In this document: piece after piece, positions 50,549 through 60,010 of the stretch
How positions within the stretch are numbered: the first letter of the stretch is position 1
Layout of the letters: the number at the start of each line of letters is the position of its first letter
DNA from: Nitrosopumilaceae archaeon
Lineage (GTDB): Archaea; Thermoproteota; Nitrososphaeria; Nitrososphaerales; Nitrosopumilaceae
Assembly: GCA_965203465.1 (NCBI GenBank)
Contig: CBDBCR010000003.1
Span: 928,263 to 992,262 of the forward strand
Length of the DNA stretch: 64,000 bases
Reading direction: 5' to 3'
Notes under the pieces: generated by a model
The model's database searches: none
What the model was told of the DNA's origin: nothing
What the model saw: the letters and a program-made list of their open reading frames with translations, nothing else
Program-made: the position numbers and the translations under genes

Positions 50549-50896
50549 GTGTCAGTCTACGACAGGAGGGTGCAGAAAAAGGAGAGCGGCGGCCTCATCG
50601 TGTCCGTCCCGTACCAGATAGCCTACGCGCTCGGCATAGGCAAGGGCACGACCGTCCGCTTCTGGTCGGTGAACGGCAAGGCCGTCTTCAAGCCGATCGC
50701 GCCAAGCGGCCTGACGGAGAAGGACGTTGCCGACATCGACGGGTACGAAGAGGCGGCCGGGGAGAGCCGGGGGCAAATCCGCCCACACACCCGTTGCCGG
50801 TGTCCGGACGGCGGAGAAAGACGCCCGGGGGTTCAGGAGGAACCACATCGGACGTCCGAGGCTGACAGTGGCCGGCCGTGGTGGACCTATTTTTAG
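50549..50896 (+). CDS. AbrB/MazE/SpoVT-like regulator, possibly with a degenerate 3' end
   Basis: RRVQKK..GLIVSVP..IAYALGIGKGTTVRF; CCTTAAG box at 50521. Confidence 0.75.
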   Translation: MSVYDRRVQKKESGGLIVSVPYQIAYALGIGKGTTVRFWSVNGKAVFKPIAPSGLTEKDVADIDGYEEAAGESRGQIRPHTRCRCPDGGERRPGVQEEPHRTSEADSGRPWWTYF

Positions 50897-51418
50897 CCAG
50901 GTCCCAAATCCACGGCCACGCGCGCTTTTGACTGCCTATAGCGTACGACGGAATCTGTACGTGGAGGCGCGCAAATTCAGGACGATGCCGAAAAGACAAA
51001 GTTGGACCTGCCAAGGCGGCCGGCCAAGCCGTACGTTCAGGCGGGCAAGACGCCGCTAGAGTACTGACCGGCGAGGCCCCGAACCGACAGCTTTGGCGGC
51101 CGGAGATTTTTCAGCCAAAAGCCCAGACGGCCGGGCCAGTCCAGCGGGGCGCGTACGTCTGGATCCGGGGCAAGCGGCCCGGTTCTGCTCGTCGGCCAGC
51201 TCTATCGGAGGTCTGCCGGGGCCTGACCGGCCCGGGCGTACGGATACGGAACGGGCCGGACGTGGGCCGCGATCTCGGGTTCGGCCGGCCGAGACGGGCC
51301 GGGACGTGGGCCGCCGGCGGGCGGCCCGCCAAGGTCGGGAAGATTCGGGGGAGCCGTGCTCTCCCCGTGTCTGTTCGTTCGTTTTGTGTGTAAATGCGAG
51401 GGCGGTGCGGCCGTGCCC

Positions 51419-51539
51419 AAAGGCGCCTGGAGGTACAGCAAAAAGGCGCCTTCAAGCACAGCAGAAAAGCGCCTGCAGGTACAGCAGGTCGTAGCAAAAG
51501 CGCCTGCAGGTACAGCAAAAGGCGCCTGCAGGCGCCTTT
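51419..51539. repeat. Iteron-like array of five ~22-bp units ending in a perfect 22-bp palindrome
   Basis: AAAAG(G)CGCCTGCAGGTACAGC variants; AAAGGCGCCTGCAGGCGCCTTT at 51518-51539. Confidence 0.85.
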
Positions 51540-51963
51540 CTGCTTTCAGTCGGGGCAGTTGACAGGCGCGGACAAGAACCGGACGCTGCCCAAAAGAACA
51601 TGGCGAGCGTGCCCGCCCGGTCAGGGACCCGGGATGGGGGGCCATAGACGAGACGGCCGCGGATGCGGGCCGCACGCCCGAATTCTGATCGAAGCGCCGA
51701 GATCCCGCGATCCAACGTTAGACGTGAGCCCAAGTCGGATTCATTTGTGCCATGGAGCCACGGCGTACGCGAATCCAAAGCCGGAAACGAAGTCGGGCGG
51801 CAGACAGGCCGGGTGCCGCGTACTTTGGTTTCCTGCCGTCGTGCCGTGCAGTCGTGCCGTACGCGAATCTAATCTGGAGGCGATACTGGGCCGGGGCCGG
51901 AGCAAGCGTTGTACGATCCTTGTCAGGCTAGGGTTCTGCCTGCCGGGGCGCCGGCTCTGCCGG

Positions 51964-52533
51964 CGTGTCCGGTGGCCGTAAAGTCCCCGCGTTCTGCTGG
52001 CGGATCTACTGGCCGTGTCCGGCTCGGGTTCTGCCTGCCCTGGCCATATGGGCGGGATCCGGCCCGGAGGGGCCGAGAAGATCCAAGAGCTGTAGAGATC
52101 ATGGCCGACTTTCGGGCTACGTTCGAACCGGCGGAAACCCGGATCGGGCGGCCGGTTCGTGGCAAGCTGGCCGGACAGATTTGCCTGCCGTCGTGTCCGG
52201 TGGCCGTAAAGTCCCCGCGTTCTGCTGGCGGATCTTCGGGCCGTGTCCGGGTCGGGCTCTGCCTGCCTTGGCTACTTGGGCGGGATCCGGCCCGGAGGGG
52301 CCGAGAAGATCCAAGAGCTGTAGAGATCATGGCCGACTTTCGGGCTACGTTCGAACCGGCGGAAACCCGGATCGGGCGGCCGGTTCGTGGCAAGCTGGCC
52401 GGACAGATTTGCCTGCCGTCGTGTCTGGCTGGACCGTAAAGTCCCCGCGTTCTGCTGGCGGATCTTCGGGCCGTGTCCGGGTCGGGCTCTGCCTGCCTTG
52501 GCTACTTGGGCGGGATCCGGCCCGGAGGGGCCG
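51964..52533. repeat. ~229-bp tandem repeat, about 2.5 copies
   Basis: GTAAAGTCCCCGCGTTCTGCTGGCGGATCT at 51978, 52206 and 52436. Confidence 0.92.
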
Positions 52534-52930
52534 GGCCCAGCTTGGGGGGCGGGGCCTCTGGGCCCCGCGGACGGTTTTGGGGTACAGGGGCCGCCGTCGG
52601 CTCCTTGGTACAGCTTTGGTTCGATCAGACAGGAATGCGAAGGGCCGAGCTGCCGCAGAATCCCGTCCGGGCGGCGATCTGCGTGGCACGGTCGGGTACG
52701 ATTTTTGGGTACGTCGTGGGCGACCGAAACGGAGACGAATGCGCTGTTGTGTATGTTTCTTGGGTACGTTGCGGGCGGCGAAAATGAGGACGAATGCGCC
52801 GTTGTGGGCGATTTATGGGCACGTTGGCACAGTGGGGACGGAGGCCCGGTCGTTCAGGTCGGCCGAACTGTGCCGTTGTGGGAGATTTCTGACACATTTG
52901 TGCCTTAAGTGGAAACCAGCCATTCTGGAC

Positions 52931-53329
52931 GTGAAAGCCTACGACAGAAAAGTGCAGAAAAAGGGGACCAGCGGGTTCTTCGTGGCCATCCCGTCCCCGA
53001 TAGCCTACGCGCTCGGCATAGAGAAGGGCAGCATCGTCCGGTTCTGGTCGGTCAACGGCAAGTTCATAGCCAAGCCGGTTTCGGTGGACGGCCTGACGAA
53101 AAAGGACCTGGCCGACGCCGACAAGTACGAAGAGGCCGTCAGGGGGATCCGCGAAGAACTGAGGGCGGGCACTATCGGAAAGCCCGCCGGGGCCGCCAGA
53201 GACGGAACCGGATCCGGGCCGCCCGCGGCCGAGCCGGATCATCTGGGCCAGGAGGATACCAGCCCGGACAGGAGGCGGGGGAGCCGGCCCCTGAGCAACG
53301 CCGAGAGGCTCAAGAGGCTCAGCATCTAG
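52931..53329 (+). CDS. AbrB/MazE/SpoVT-like regulator
   Basis: RKVQKKGTSGFFVAIPSPIAYALGIEKGSIVRF; paralogue of 50549-50896; CCTTAAG box ~25 bp upstream. Confidence 0.8.
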   Translation: MKAYDRKVQKKGTSGFFVAIPSPIAYALGIEKGSIVRFWSVNGKFIAKPVSVDGLTKKDLADADKYEEAVRGIREELRAGTIGKPAGAARDGTGSGPPAAEPDHLGQEDTSPDRRRGSRPLSNAERLKRLSI

Positions 53330-56300
53330 ACCACCGTCACCCGGACGGACTTTTTTTCCGCCTCGTCCAGGTCCTCGAAGACCTTCAGGACGGCCCTGCT
53401 CTTGGACCAGACGTGGCACATGCCGAACCCCATGCCCCTCCACTTGGTCATGTTGTACCTGACGTGCTCTGGGTGGCTCCGCACCTCGCTGACCGATTCG
53501 ATCTCGATGCTGACCGGCGTCTTGGTCTCGTAGTCGTAGGCGGCAAGGTCGGTCCTGTCCACCCCCCTGCGGACCGTCTGGTCGGCCACGGCCACGAAGA
53601 ACCCCTGCTTGAGGTACGCCTCGAACGCCTGGCGCGCCACGCCCTCCACGTCGTCGGCAGACCCCACGGGGGCCACGTCGGGCTCAAAGTACGACTTGCG
53701 GGCGCCCGGCGACAGCTGGTAGGGGGCGGCCCTGCCGCCGTCGGTCCGCCTCAAAATCCCCTTGGCCACCATGGCCTTGAGGACGGGCAGCAGCTCGGCC
53801 CTGTTTGCCGCCTTCATCTTCATGGCTATCTCGACCTGCTGCATGGGCTTTTCGGAGAGCATCAGCATTATCCTCCATTCGGTCCGGGAAGGCACCTCCA
53901 CGTCCAGCGACGCCTTCCACTGGACGGGGCCGGCGGCGCGGACAGCCCCCTCGACCACGCCGCTTCCGTACTTTGCAAGCTGTGAGGAGACGAACTGCTC
54001 GAACATGCCCGCCGAGACCAGCCCGGGCGGGGGGCTCAGCCAGAACTGGGAAGGCGGCGGCTGCTCTTTGCCGGGCGGCGCCTTTTCCCGCACCGTCCAG
54101 TGGAAATATTCCTGGCTGGCAAGCTGGTGCTGGAGCGGCTTTTGGAACTGGGGATCCCAGATCTGCGATATCCGGGCCGCGTCCCTGCCGTTGACGCGCC
54201 CCACGAACTGGGTGCCCGAATTTCCGGTGATTATGCCCAGCTGCCTGTCGCTGATCTGCTCGGTGGTCTGGTGTGAGAGAACCAAGCCGAGGCCCAGCGA
54301 GCGGGCCTGCTCCAGCATCAGCTGCAGAACCTGCAGGTCCTTTACTATCTGGAACTCGTCCAAGGCCAATACCACCTGGGTGCGGTCGCGCTCCGGTGTC
54401 CGGTCGGCCCGCTCCTGTATGGTAAACCACAGCTTCAGGATGAACGCCTGCATGGCCAGCGGCTGGACGTGCTGGGGCATGTTGAGCGGCGATATGCGGA
54501 CCACCGTGCAGGAGCCGGGCTTTACCAGCTCGTCGAAATCTACGGTCCCGCGCCGCACAGAAAACATCCTCTTGAGGACGGGGTCGGTGGCAAACTGCTC
54601 CACGCGGTTCAGGAGGGGCACGAAGGCGTCCCCTTTCAGGGAAGATATGCTCTCCAGTGCCTGGGCCATCTCGGGGTCCGGCTCGCCGTACTCGCGGATT
54701 ACGTCGGCCAGCGCGTCCTTGCCGCCCTGCAGCCTCAATATGATGCCGTGCATGTCCAAGAAGGTCGGGGCGTCGTGCTTCATGTACATGTAGAACAAAA
54801 GAGCGCGAAAGATCCTCTCCATCTGGACGTAGCTGGCAGACTGCTGGTACCACTCTTCTATAGTCTTCATGAAATACCCCACGTATCTGGACACGACCTC
54901 CTCGCGCTCCGATTCCTTGTGGGGCGGCAGCTCGAGCGGGTTTATCGAAAAGCGCGTCTCCTGCGGGTCCAGATAGTGGACACGGCCCTCCTCCAGGGAG
55001 CCCGGCAGACACTGCTGGACGAACTTGCGGGAGTCGTCCCCTTTCGGATCCACGTAAATGAACGCGTTGGGAAACTGCCCCGAGTCGTTCCACGCCTCGA
55101 GGTGCTTGGCGAGCAGCCGGATCAGGGAAGTCTTGCCCGAGCCCGAGCCGCCGACGGCGTACAGGTGGGTGGCAAAGTCCGAAGGCGACACCACGGCCGC
55201 CTCGGCGTCCTTGGACCTGACGGTCAGGCCCCACTCGGGGGCGCCTGCGCCGGGAACGAACGAGCCGAGCGGGCCGCCCTCCTTTTCGGACGGCTTTGTC
55301 GGCATGGCCACGCCGCGGGTGGTGTCTATGTTGGGCGTGGACGGGGACGGCAGATGCACGAACAGCGGCATCTCCGGGAGGGTCAGCATCAAAAAGGGCA
55401 GGGGCCGCCTGTCCTTGTAGCCGAACAGGCCGCGCCCGCAATACCCGGACAGCGCCTTTTCCAAATGCTGCTCGGGGTCGGGCAGCAGGCGGCGCGGGAA
55501 CATCTCCAGGCGGCTCAGTTTCTGCCCGCCCGCCCGTATCTCCGATTTTTTGGATCCGTGCCTCCACCTCTCCGCGTCGCGGTACCGGAACTTGGTCAGG
55601 TGCTCGTGGCCCGAGCGCACGCTCTCTACGGGCAGGGCCTCGATCTCGTCGAAATTGAGGTCGATCTCGTCGTCGCTGACCATCAGCCCGCGCACGGCCA
55701 TCAGCACGTGGGAGCCCTGCATCTTGAGGGTGGCGTGCTTTTGCAGGCCGGCGTAGTTGTTGTCGAAGTCCCTGCCCGCCTCCGGGTGATCGTGCGGCTT
55801 TTTGTCGGGGTGCATCAGTATCTCGGTGTTGGACAGGTAGTTGCCCCGGCGTATCTCGCGTACCTTGCCGTCCAGCCGGGCCACGTGACGCCTCAGGAAG
55901 GGGTTGAACGAGTACGACTTGAAGACGAACTGTATCCAGGCCTTGCTTGAAAGCTGGACGGTGCTGGCTATCTGGGACATTATCTGGTGGGCGCGCGCCT
56001 TGTCAAAGACGGTCGCGTAGTGGCCGTGGTAGGCGCCCACGTCGAACACCCGGTACTTGCCGGCCGGGTCGAACCAGGACGGCGCGGTTTCCGCCTCGGA
56101 AAACGCCGCGCTGGGGTACATGTTGCGGAACGCCTGCCTGTATCCGGCCATGTCGGCTTTTTCGCAGGCCAGCACCATCCGCAGCTGCTTTTCGGCGCCG
56201 TCCCACCACACCTCGTAGCTTCTCACGCCCGGGCAGGCCAGCCCGCCGGCCGCCTCGACCGCCTCTTTCTTGTCCGTCTCCACGGGGACCGACACCGAGC

Positions 56301-56457
56301 AGGCCGCTACGTCGGCCGGCCCGGGCAGGAACTTTCTGGCCCCGTCCAGGGCCCCTTTTGGCTTGCGCCCGTTGGCCAGCCGCCATTTTCCGCCCACGGC
56401 GGCAGGCGCCGGGCCGCATAAAAGGGGCGCCATAAGGGAAATAGGCGTAGAACCCAT
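53326..56457 (-). CDS. VirD4/TraG/HerA-superfamily ATPase with C-terminal wHTH and PD-(D/E)xK-like domain
   Basis: GGSGSGKT, VDPKGD, FSINPL, LDEFQ, ARSLGL.LVLSHQ; RTDL..IEIE at the C-terminus; start uncertain. Confidence 0.85.
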   Translation of the reverse strand: MGSTPISLMAPLLCGPAPAAVGGKWRLANGRKPKGALDGARKFLPGPADVAACSVSVPVETDKKEAVEAAGGLACPGVRSYEVWWDGAEKQLRMVLACEKADMAGYRQAFRNMYPSAAFSEAETAPSWFDPAGKYRVFDVGAYHGHYATVFDKARAHQIMSQIASTVQLSSKAWIQFVFKSYSFNPFLRRHVARLDGKVREIRRGNYLSNTEILMHPDKKPHDHPEAGRDFDNNYAGLQKHATLKMQGSHVLMAVRGLMVSDDEIDLNFDEIEALPVESVRSGHEHLTKFRYRDAERWRHGSKKSEIRAGGQKLSRLEMFPRRLLPDPEQHLEKALSGYCGRGLFGYKDRRPLPFLMLTLPEMPLFVHLPSPSTPNIDTTRGVAMPTKPSEKEGGPLGSFVPGAGAPEWGLTVRSKDAEAAVVSPSDFATHLYAVGGSGSGKTSLIRLLAKHLEAWNDSGQFPNAFIYVDPKGDDSRKFVQQCLPGSLEEGRVHYLDPQETRFSINPLELPPHKESEREEVVSRYVGYFMKTIEEWYQQSASYVQMERIFRALLFYMYMKHDAPTFLDMHGIILRLQGGKDALADVIREYGEPDPEMAQALESISSLKGDAFVPLLNRVEQFATDPVLKRMFSVRRGTVDFDELVKPGSCTVVRISPLNMPQHVQPLAMQAFILKLWFTIQERADRTPERDRTQVVLALDEFQIVKDLQVLQLMLEQARSLGLGLVLSHQTTEQISDRQLGIITGNSGTQFVGRVNGRDAARISQIWDPQFQKPLQHQLASQEYFHWTVREKAPPGKEQPPPSQFWLSPPPGLVSAGMFEQFVSSQLAKYGSGVVEGAVRAAGPVQWKASLDVEVPSRTEWRIMLMLSEKPMQQVEIAMKMKAANRAELLPVLKAMVAKGILRRTDGGRAAPYQLSPGARKSYFEPDVAPVGSADDVEGVARQAFEAYLKQGFFVAVADQTVRRGVDRTDLAAYDYETKTPVSIEIESVSEVRSHPEHVRYNMTKWRGMGFGMCHVWSKSRAVLKVFEDLDEAEKKSVRVTVV

Positions 56458-56496
56458 TGGTGGCGCTGGTAGTTCAACGCCACCTTCCAGCCCCGA

Positions 56497-57226
56497 TCAT
56501 CCACGCTCTTGGTTGCCTTGGCTCGAGATTGTATTTTTTATTTCGTTCAAAACTCCCATCACAGAAACATGTTGTGCATCAAAATACAACACTTGGTTGT
56601 TTAAATTGTGATGTGGATCTACAGTATTTCCGAGATCAATTGAAGGCTTCTCTATGGCTTGAATTCCTCCTCTTTTCTGGAATTCTGAGTTCCATTTATT
56701 GGCAAATTGTTTAGGAACTGCATAACTCGGAAGTTTTTCAATTATTTCTTTTGCATAATACATGTGATATTCTAATGATTTTTCATGGATACCCATTCCA
56801 GTTTCTAAATTAGAAACTTTGTGTAAGTGATTATATGCACTTAACGCATATTGTTGTAACAGAAGATATTCCGACAACAAAATGTAGGGGGAATTTCTGT
56901 ACAAAGACATAGATTCGATTTCCTGAAACATAAAGCTTCTAAATTGGCAGATTGCATCATAAGTAGAAGAATTGAGCTCTATTACAGTAGGGGCTTTGTA
57001 ACGGGGGTGAGTCTCCCATAGTTCGAATATGTTTTTTTTTGAAACTGTCTATTCTAAGTATATGTGAAAACAGACTACTATACACAACTTTGGCGTTTTT
57101 GTCAAAAACCTTATCTGCTTTTGTTTTCCTTAAAACGCTTACAATTACACCCGATATCACACCTCCCACTATTGAAAATAATAATGTGGTGATCCAAGTT
57201 CCAAAGGGCCAACTTGCTAAATCCAT
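56497..57226 (-). pseudogene. AT-rich membrane-anchored protein gene split at an A9 tract
   Basis: N-terminal TM helix; removing one base from the T9 run at 57032-57040 fuses the two ORFs into ~242 aa. Confidence 0.7.
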
Positions 57227-57361
57227 GGGCTTACTCCGCTCTATTAGATCCTCCACGATCAAAGGTTGCCATCGCTTTATGTCGACAACACCATGTAATA
57301 ATTGTTAGCCTCTCAAAATCAACGATAATAGGAGAGTTGGCAGTATTTCACGAAAGACGCC

Positions 57362-58183
57362 TCAGGCCGCCAGCTTGTACAGCCCGCGCGCATTGCTCAT
57401 CACTGGGTCGGACGGCACCACGATCTTGCGATCCTTGAGGCGCGCTTCCAGCTCGTCGCGCACGCCCGGCATCAGCAGCCCGCCGCCCGACAGCGCCAGG
57501 GGGTACCCGTACTGGCCGGCCACGTCCCAGATTTCTGCGGCTAGGTTCTCGGCCAGCACGCGCGCGTACTTTTTGCAGACGTCCTTGTGCGCCTCCAGCG
57601 CGGACGGATCCAGGTGGGCGAACCTGCCCACCTTTTTGGTCACAAAGTCAGAGGCCCAGGCAGAGCTTGCCCCGTCGATTACCTCCGAGCCGTCGACGGC
57701 GACTATCTCGGTGGTGCCCTGCCCTATCGAGACCACCACGCCCGTATCCATGTCAAGGTCCACCAGCGTGCCGCACGCCTGGGCCACCACGCTGCACGAG
57801 TCCGCGTCCAGCGTGCGCTTTACCAGCTTTGCGACGAACTCGCGCTGGTCGAACGCGTGGTACGGCAGGCCCACCACCATGCTGAGTTGCTCGTTGCCGG
57901 GCGCCGGCGCCTTGGCTAGGCACCTGATCTGGGCCAGCGCCTCGCGCACGAGCATCTCGACCTGCTTTTGGTGGCGCGGATCCGGCCTGCCCTTCGATAT
58001 GGGCCCGACCGCCGCGGTCCCCGTGGTTCCCAGCAGGGCCAGAGCGCCGGAGCCGACAGCCTCGGATGCCTTTGTGGACCAGCATCCCCCCGTGCGCCTG
58101 GCGTACAGGGTGGGGAACCTGACCGAACCCACGTCCGAGACGCACTTTACGAACCCCGTCCCCAGATCCAGTCCGACCTTCAC
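57362..58183 (-). CDS. ParM/StbA-like actin-fold ATPase
   Basis: GLDLGTGFVK, VVGLP, VVAQACG, SIGQGTTE, LSGGG, DPVMSNARG; GTG 58183 with TATA-like box at 58204-58211. Confidence 0.85.
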   Translation of the reverse strand: MKVGLDLGTGFVKCVSDVGSVRFPTLYARRTGGCWSTKASEAVGSGALALLGTTGTAAVGPISKGRPDPRHQKQVEMLVREALAQIRCLAKAPAPGNEQLSMVVGLPYHAFDQREFVAKLVKRTLDADSCSVVAQACGTLVDLDMDTGVVVSIGQGTTEIVAVDGSEVIDGASSAWASDFVTKKVGRFAHLDPSALEAHKDVCKKYARVLAENLAAEIWDVAGQYGYPLALSGGGLLMPGVRDELEARLKDRKIVVPSDPVMSNARGLYKLAA

Positions 58184-58203
58184 GGGCGCGGTGGACGGGC
58201 CGC

Positions 58204-58644
58204 ATTTAAGGCGCCCCGGAGCCCGCCGGGCGGCCGGACGGGAAGGTGGAATGCGGGCGATGTGCCCAACAGTCGGGACGCCAGCGTCCCGGCTGTGGGG
58301 TATATGCTCTCCTACAGCCCGGCGGCCGCCCGAAGTGGGGCCGCACGCGGCCGGGGAGGTCTGCCGGGCGCATAAAAGGGGGTCAGGTTTTGCCCGCGAT
58401 GTGACCCTTAACGGGGCCCCTTTGCGCCCCGTTAAGCGGCACATCCCGGGAGGCAGGGCCGGGCGGGAAAAGGCGGGGGGCCTAGTCCGGGCCGCCGCGC
58501 CGGGAACCCGAGGGGGCCGACTTTAGGAGGCGCCGCGCGCACGCGACGAGCCGCTTGTTCGAATGGTCTGCGAACGGCTCCGCGCAGGAGGGGCAGGATT
58601 TCACGCCGCCGGAGCCCGGTTAGCATAAAAGGGCGGTCGCGCGC
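58204..58644. promoter_or_regulatory. Conserved non-coding region between integrase and parM-like gene
   Basis: Homologous to ~960-1374; holds the 66-bp hairpin (58254-58319) and repeated GCATAAAAGG boxes. Confidence 0.6.
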
Positions 58645-59898
58645 TCACGGCCTGTCCGGCTCCAGCCGGCCCATGATCTCCTCGACCATCTCGTACACCC
58701 TGCCGCGCAGCTCGCGCTCGCCGGCGGCCTCTTTTTTGAGCGACTTTATCCGCTTCCTGCCGGCCTCCTCCCTCCTGCGCATGGCGGTCAGCTCGTCTAT
58801 CTTGGCCTGCTTTGCTACCGTCTCGGCCCTGAGCCGCTCCTCGTCCGACACGGTCAGCAGCGGTATGGCCTTTCTGTACTCGGGGAACCGCTCAAAGTCC
58901 TCCTCGTTGTACCGCTCGTAGTGGGATTCGAGGCCCACCTTGTGGCCCATCATGTCCTCCTTGTCCAGATAGTCAACCTTGGCCCGCCTCAGCATGGTGT
59001 TGAAGTACTTGCGGAACCCGTGGTCGAGGCTCACCTCGTGCCTCCTGCGCCTGTCCCCGGGCGGGCGGAGGCCGACGCGCGCGACCAGCTTGGACACCCT
59101 GGCCTTTACGCTGTTGGAGCCGAGCCGGACCGGCTCGTCGTACCGCACCGAGACAAGCAGCGGATCGGAGCCGCGCGGCTCCCTGCCGAACCTGTGCTTC
59201 CACTCCTTGCGGTACAGGCCCACTGCACCGTACGCCTCGGGCGTCACGAACGTCCAGTACTCCTCGGGGTACCCGCGGTACACCCGCAGCGCGGCCCCCT
59301 CCGGCGGCTCGCCCACCGGCACCAGGTCCTCCCAGCAAAAGTAGTCCCACGCCCCGACCCGGAAGCCGCCCGACGAGAACAGCAGCACTATGACCTTGTC
59401 GGTCAAACCGGTAGAGCCGGCCAGCATGGCCTTTAGCTCCTCGCGCGTGTACGCGCGGTCGCGGCTCTTCACGGGCGGCGGCATCATCTTGTCGATGGCC
59501 TTCCACGATATCCCGATCTCGGAGGCGGCCAGCAGCGCCTTGACCGGCTTTATCTTGTTGGGGACCGTGTTGGGGTTCATCTGCCCCTTTTCGACCAAGT
59601 CCTTGAGGCCCTTTACGTAGCTGCGCACGGCCGCCTTGGCCGCGTCGGGGTTGGCCCTGGCCAGCCCCACGAACGCCTCGCACATGTCCTCGATGCCCCT
59701 CGAGCGCGGCGGGCCCCCCGCGTACCGCTCAAAGACCCCGTCGGGGACCGCGGCCATGAACGTCGCCAGGTTGCCCCCGTACGACCTGCGGGTCTCGGCG
59801 CTGCCCAGCGAGGCCATCATGTCCGAGTAGGCTTCCCCCTCCAGGGAGGCGATGTCTATCTCCACCGATCTTTTCGGACTCTGTTCCTGATAAGGCAC
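58645..59898 (-). CDS. Tyrosine recombinase/integrase (element A)
   Basis: R, HxxR, H and Y motifs; GTG lies 10 bp after the tRNA discriminator base. Confidence 0.93.
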   Translation of the reverse strand: MPYQEQSPKRSVEIDIASLEGEAYSDMMASLGSAETRRSYGGNLATFMAAVPDGVFERYAGGPPRSRGIEDMCEAFVGLARANPDAAKAAVRSYVKGLKDLVEKGQMNPNTVPNKIKPVKALLAASEIGISWKAIDKMMPPPVKSRDRAYTREELKAMLAGSTGLTDKVIVLLFSSGGFRVGAWDYFCWEDLVPVGEPPEGAALRVYRGYPEEYWTFVTPEAYGAVGLYRKEWKHRFGREPRGSDPLLVSVRYDEPVRLGSNSVKARVSKLVARVGLRPPGDRRRRHEVSLDHGFRKYFNTMLRRAKVDYLDKEDMMGHKVGLESHYERYNEEDFERFPEYRKAIPLLTVSDEERLRAETVAKQAKIDELTAMRRREEAGRKRIKSLKKEAAGERELRGRVYEMVEEIMGRLEPDRP

Positions 59899-59908
59899 TA
59901 AATGTGGG

Positions 59909-59983
59909 CGGGTCTAGAGGGATTCGAACCCCCGACAGCCGGATTAAGAGTCCGGTGCTCTGACCTGGCTGAGCCATAGACCC
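59909..59983 (-). tRNA. tRNA-Lys (anticodon CTT)
   Basis: GGGTCTA/TAGACCC acceptor stem, CCGGA-CTCTTAA-TCCGG anticodon arm, GGTTCGAATCC T-loop; no intron, CCA not encoded. Confidence 0.95.
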
Positions 59984-60010
59984 GCGCGCCGGGTACGGCG
60001 GGGGCCGTTA

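Larger units (their letters stand above)
2646..59915. mobile_element. Integrative element A (~57.3 kb) inserted at tRNA-Lys(CTT)
   Basis: Integrase next to the tRNA, duplicated tRNA 3' end, core module repeated at the left edge, cargo of RM genes and IS elements, mosaic GC. Confidence 0.85.

Noticed and set aside
51419-51539. Mini-CRISPR array
   Set aside because: Units are adjacent or separated by 10 bp at most, with no unique spacers and no cas genes
51909-52930. Long N-terminal extension of the AbrB ORF and ORFs across the 229-bp repeat
   Set aside because: The paralogue and the TATA position support a start at 52931; the upstream translation simply mirrors the DNA repeat
2646-59915. Provirus or casposon
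   Set aside because: No capsid, terminase/portal, Cas1 or PolB genes are recognisable
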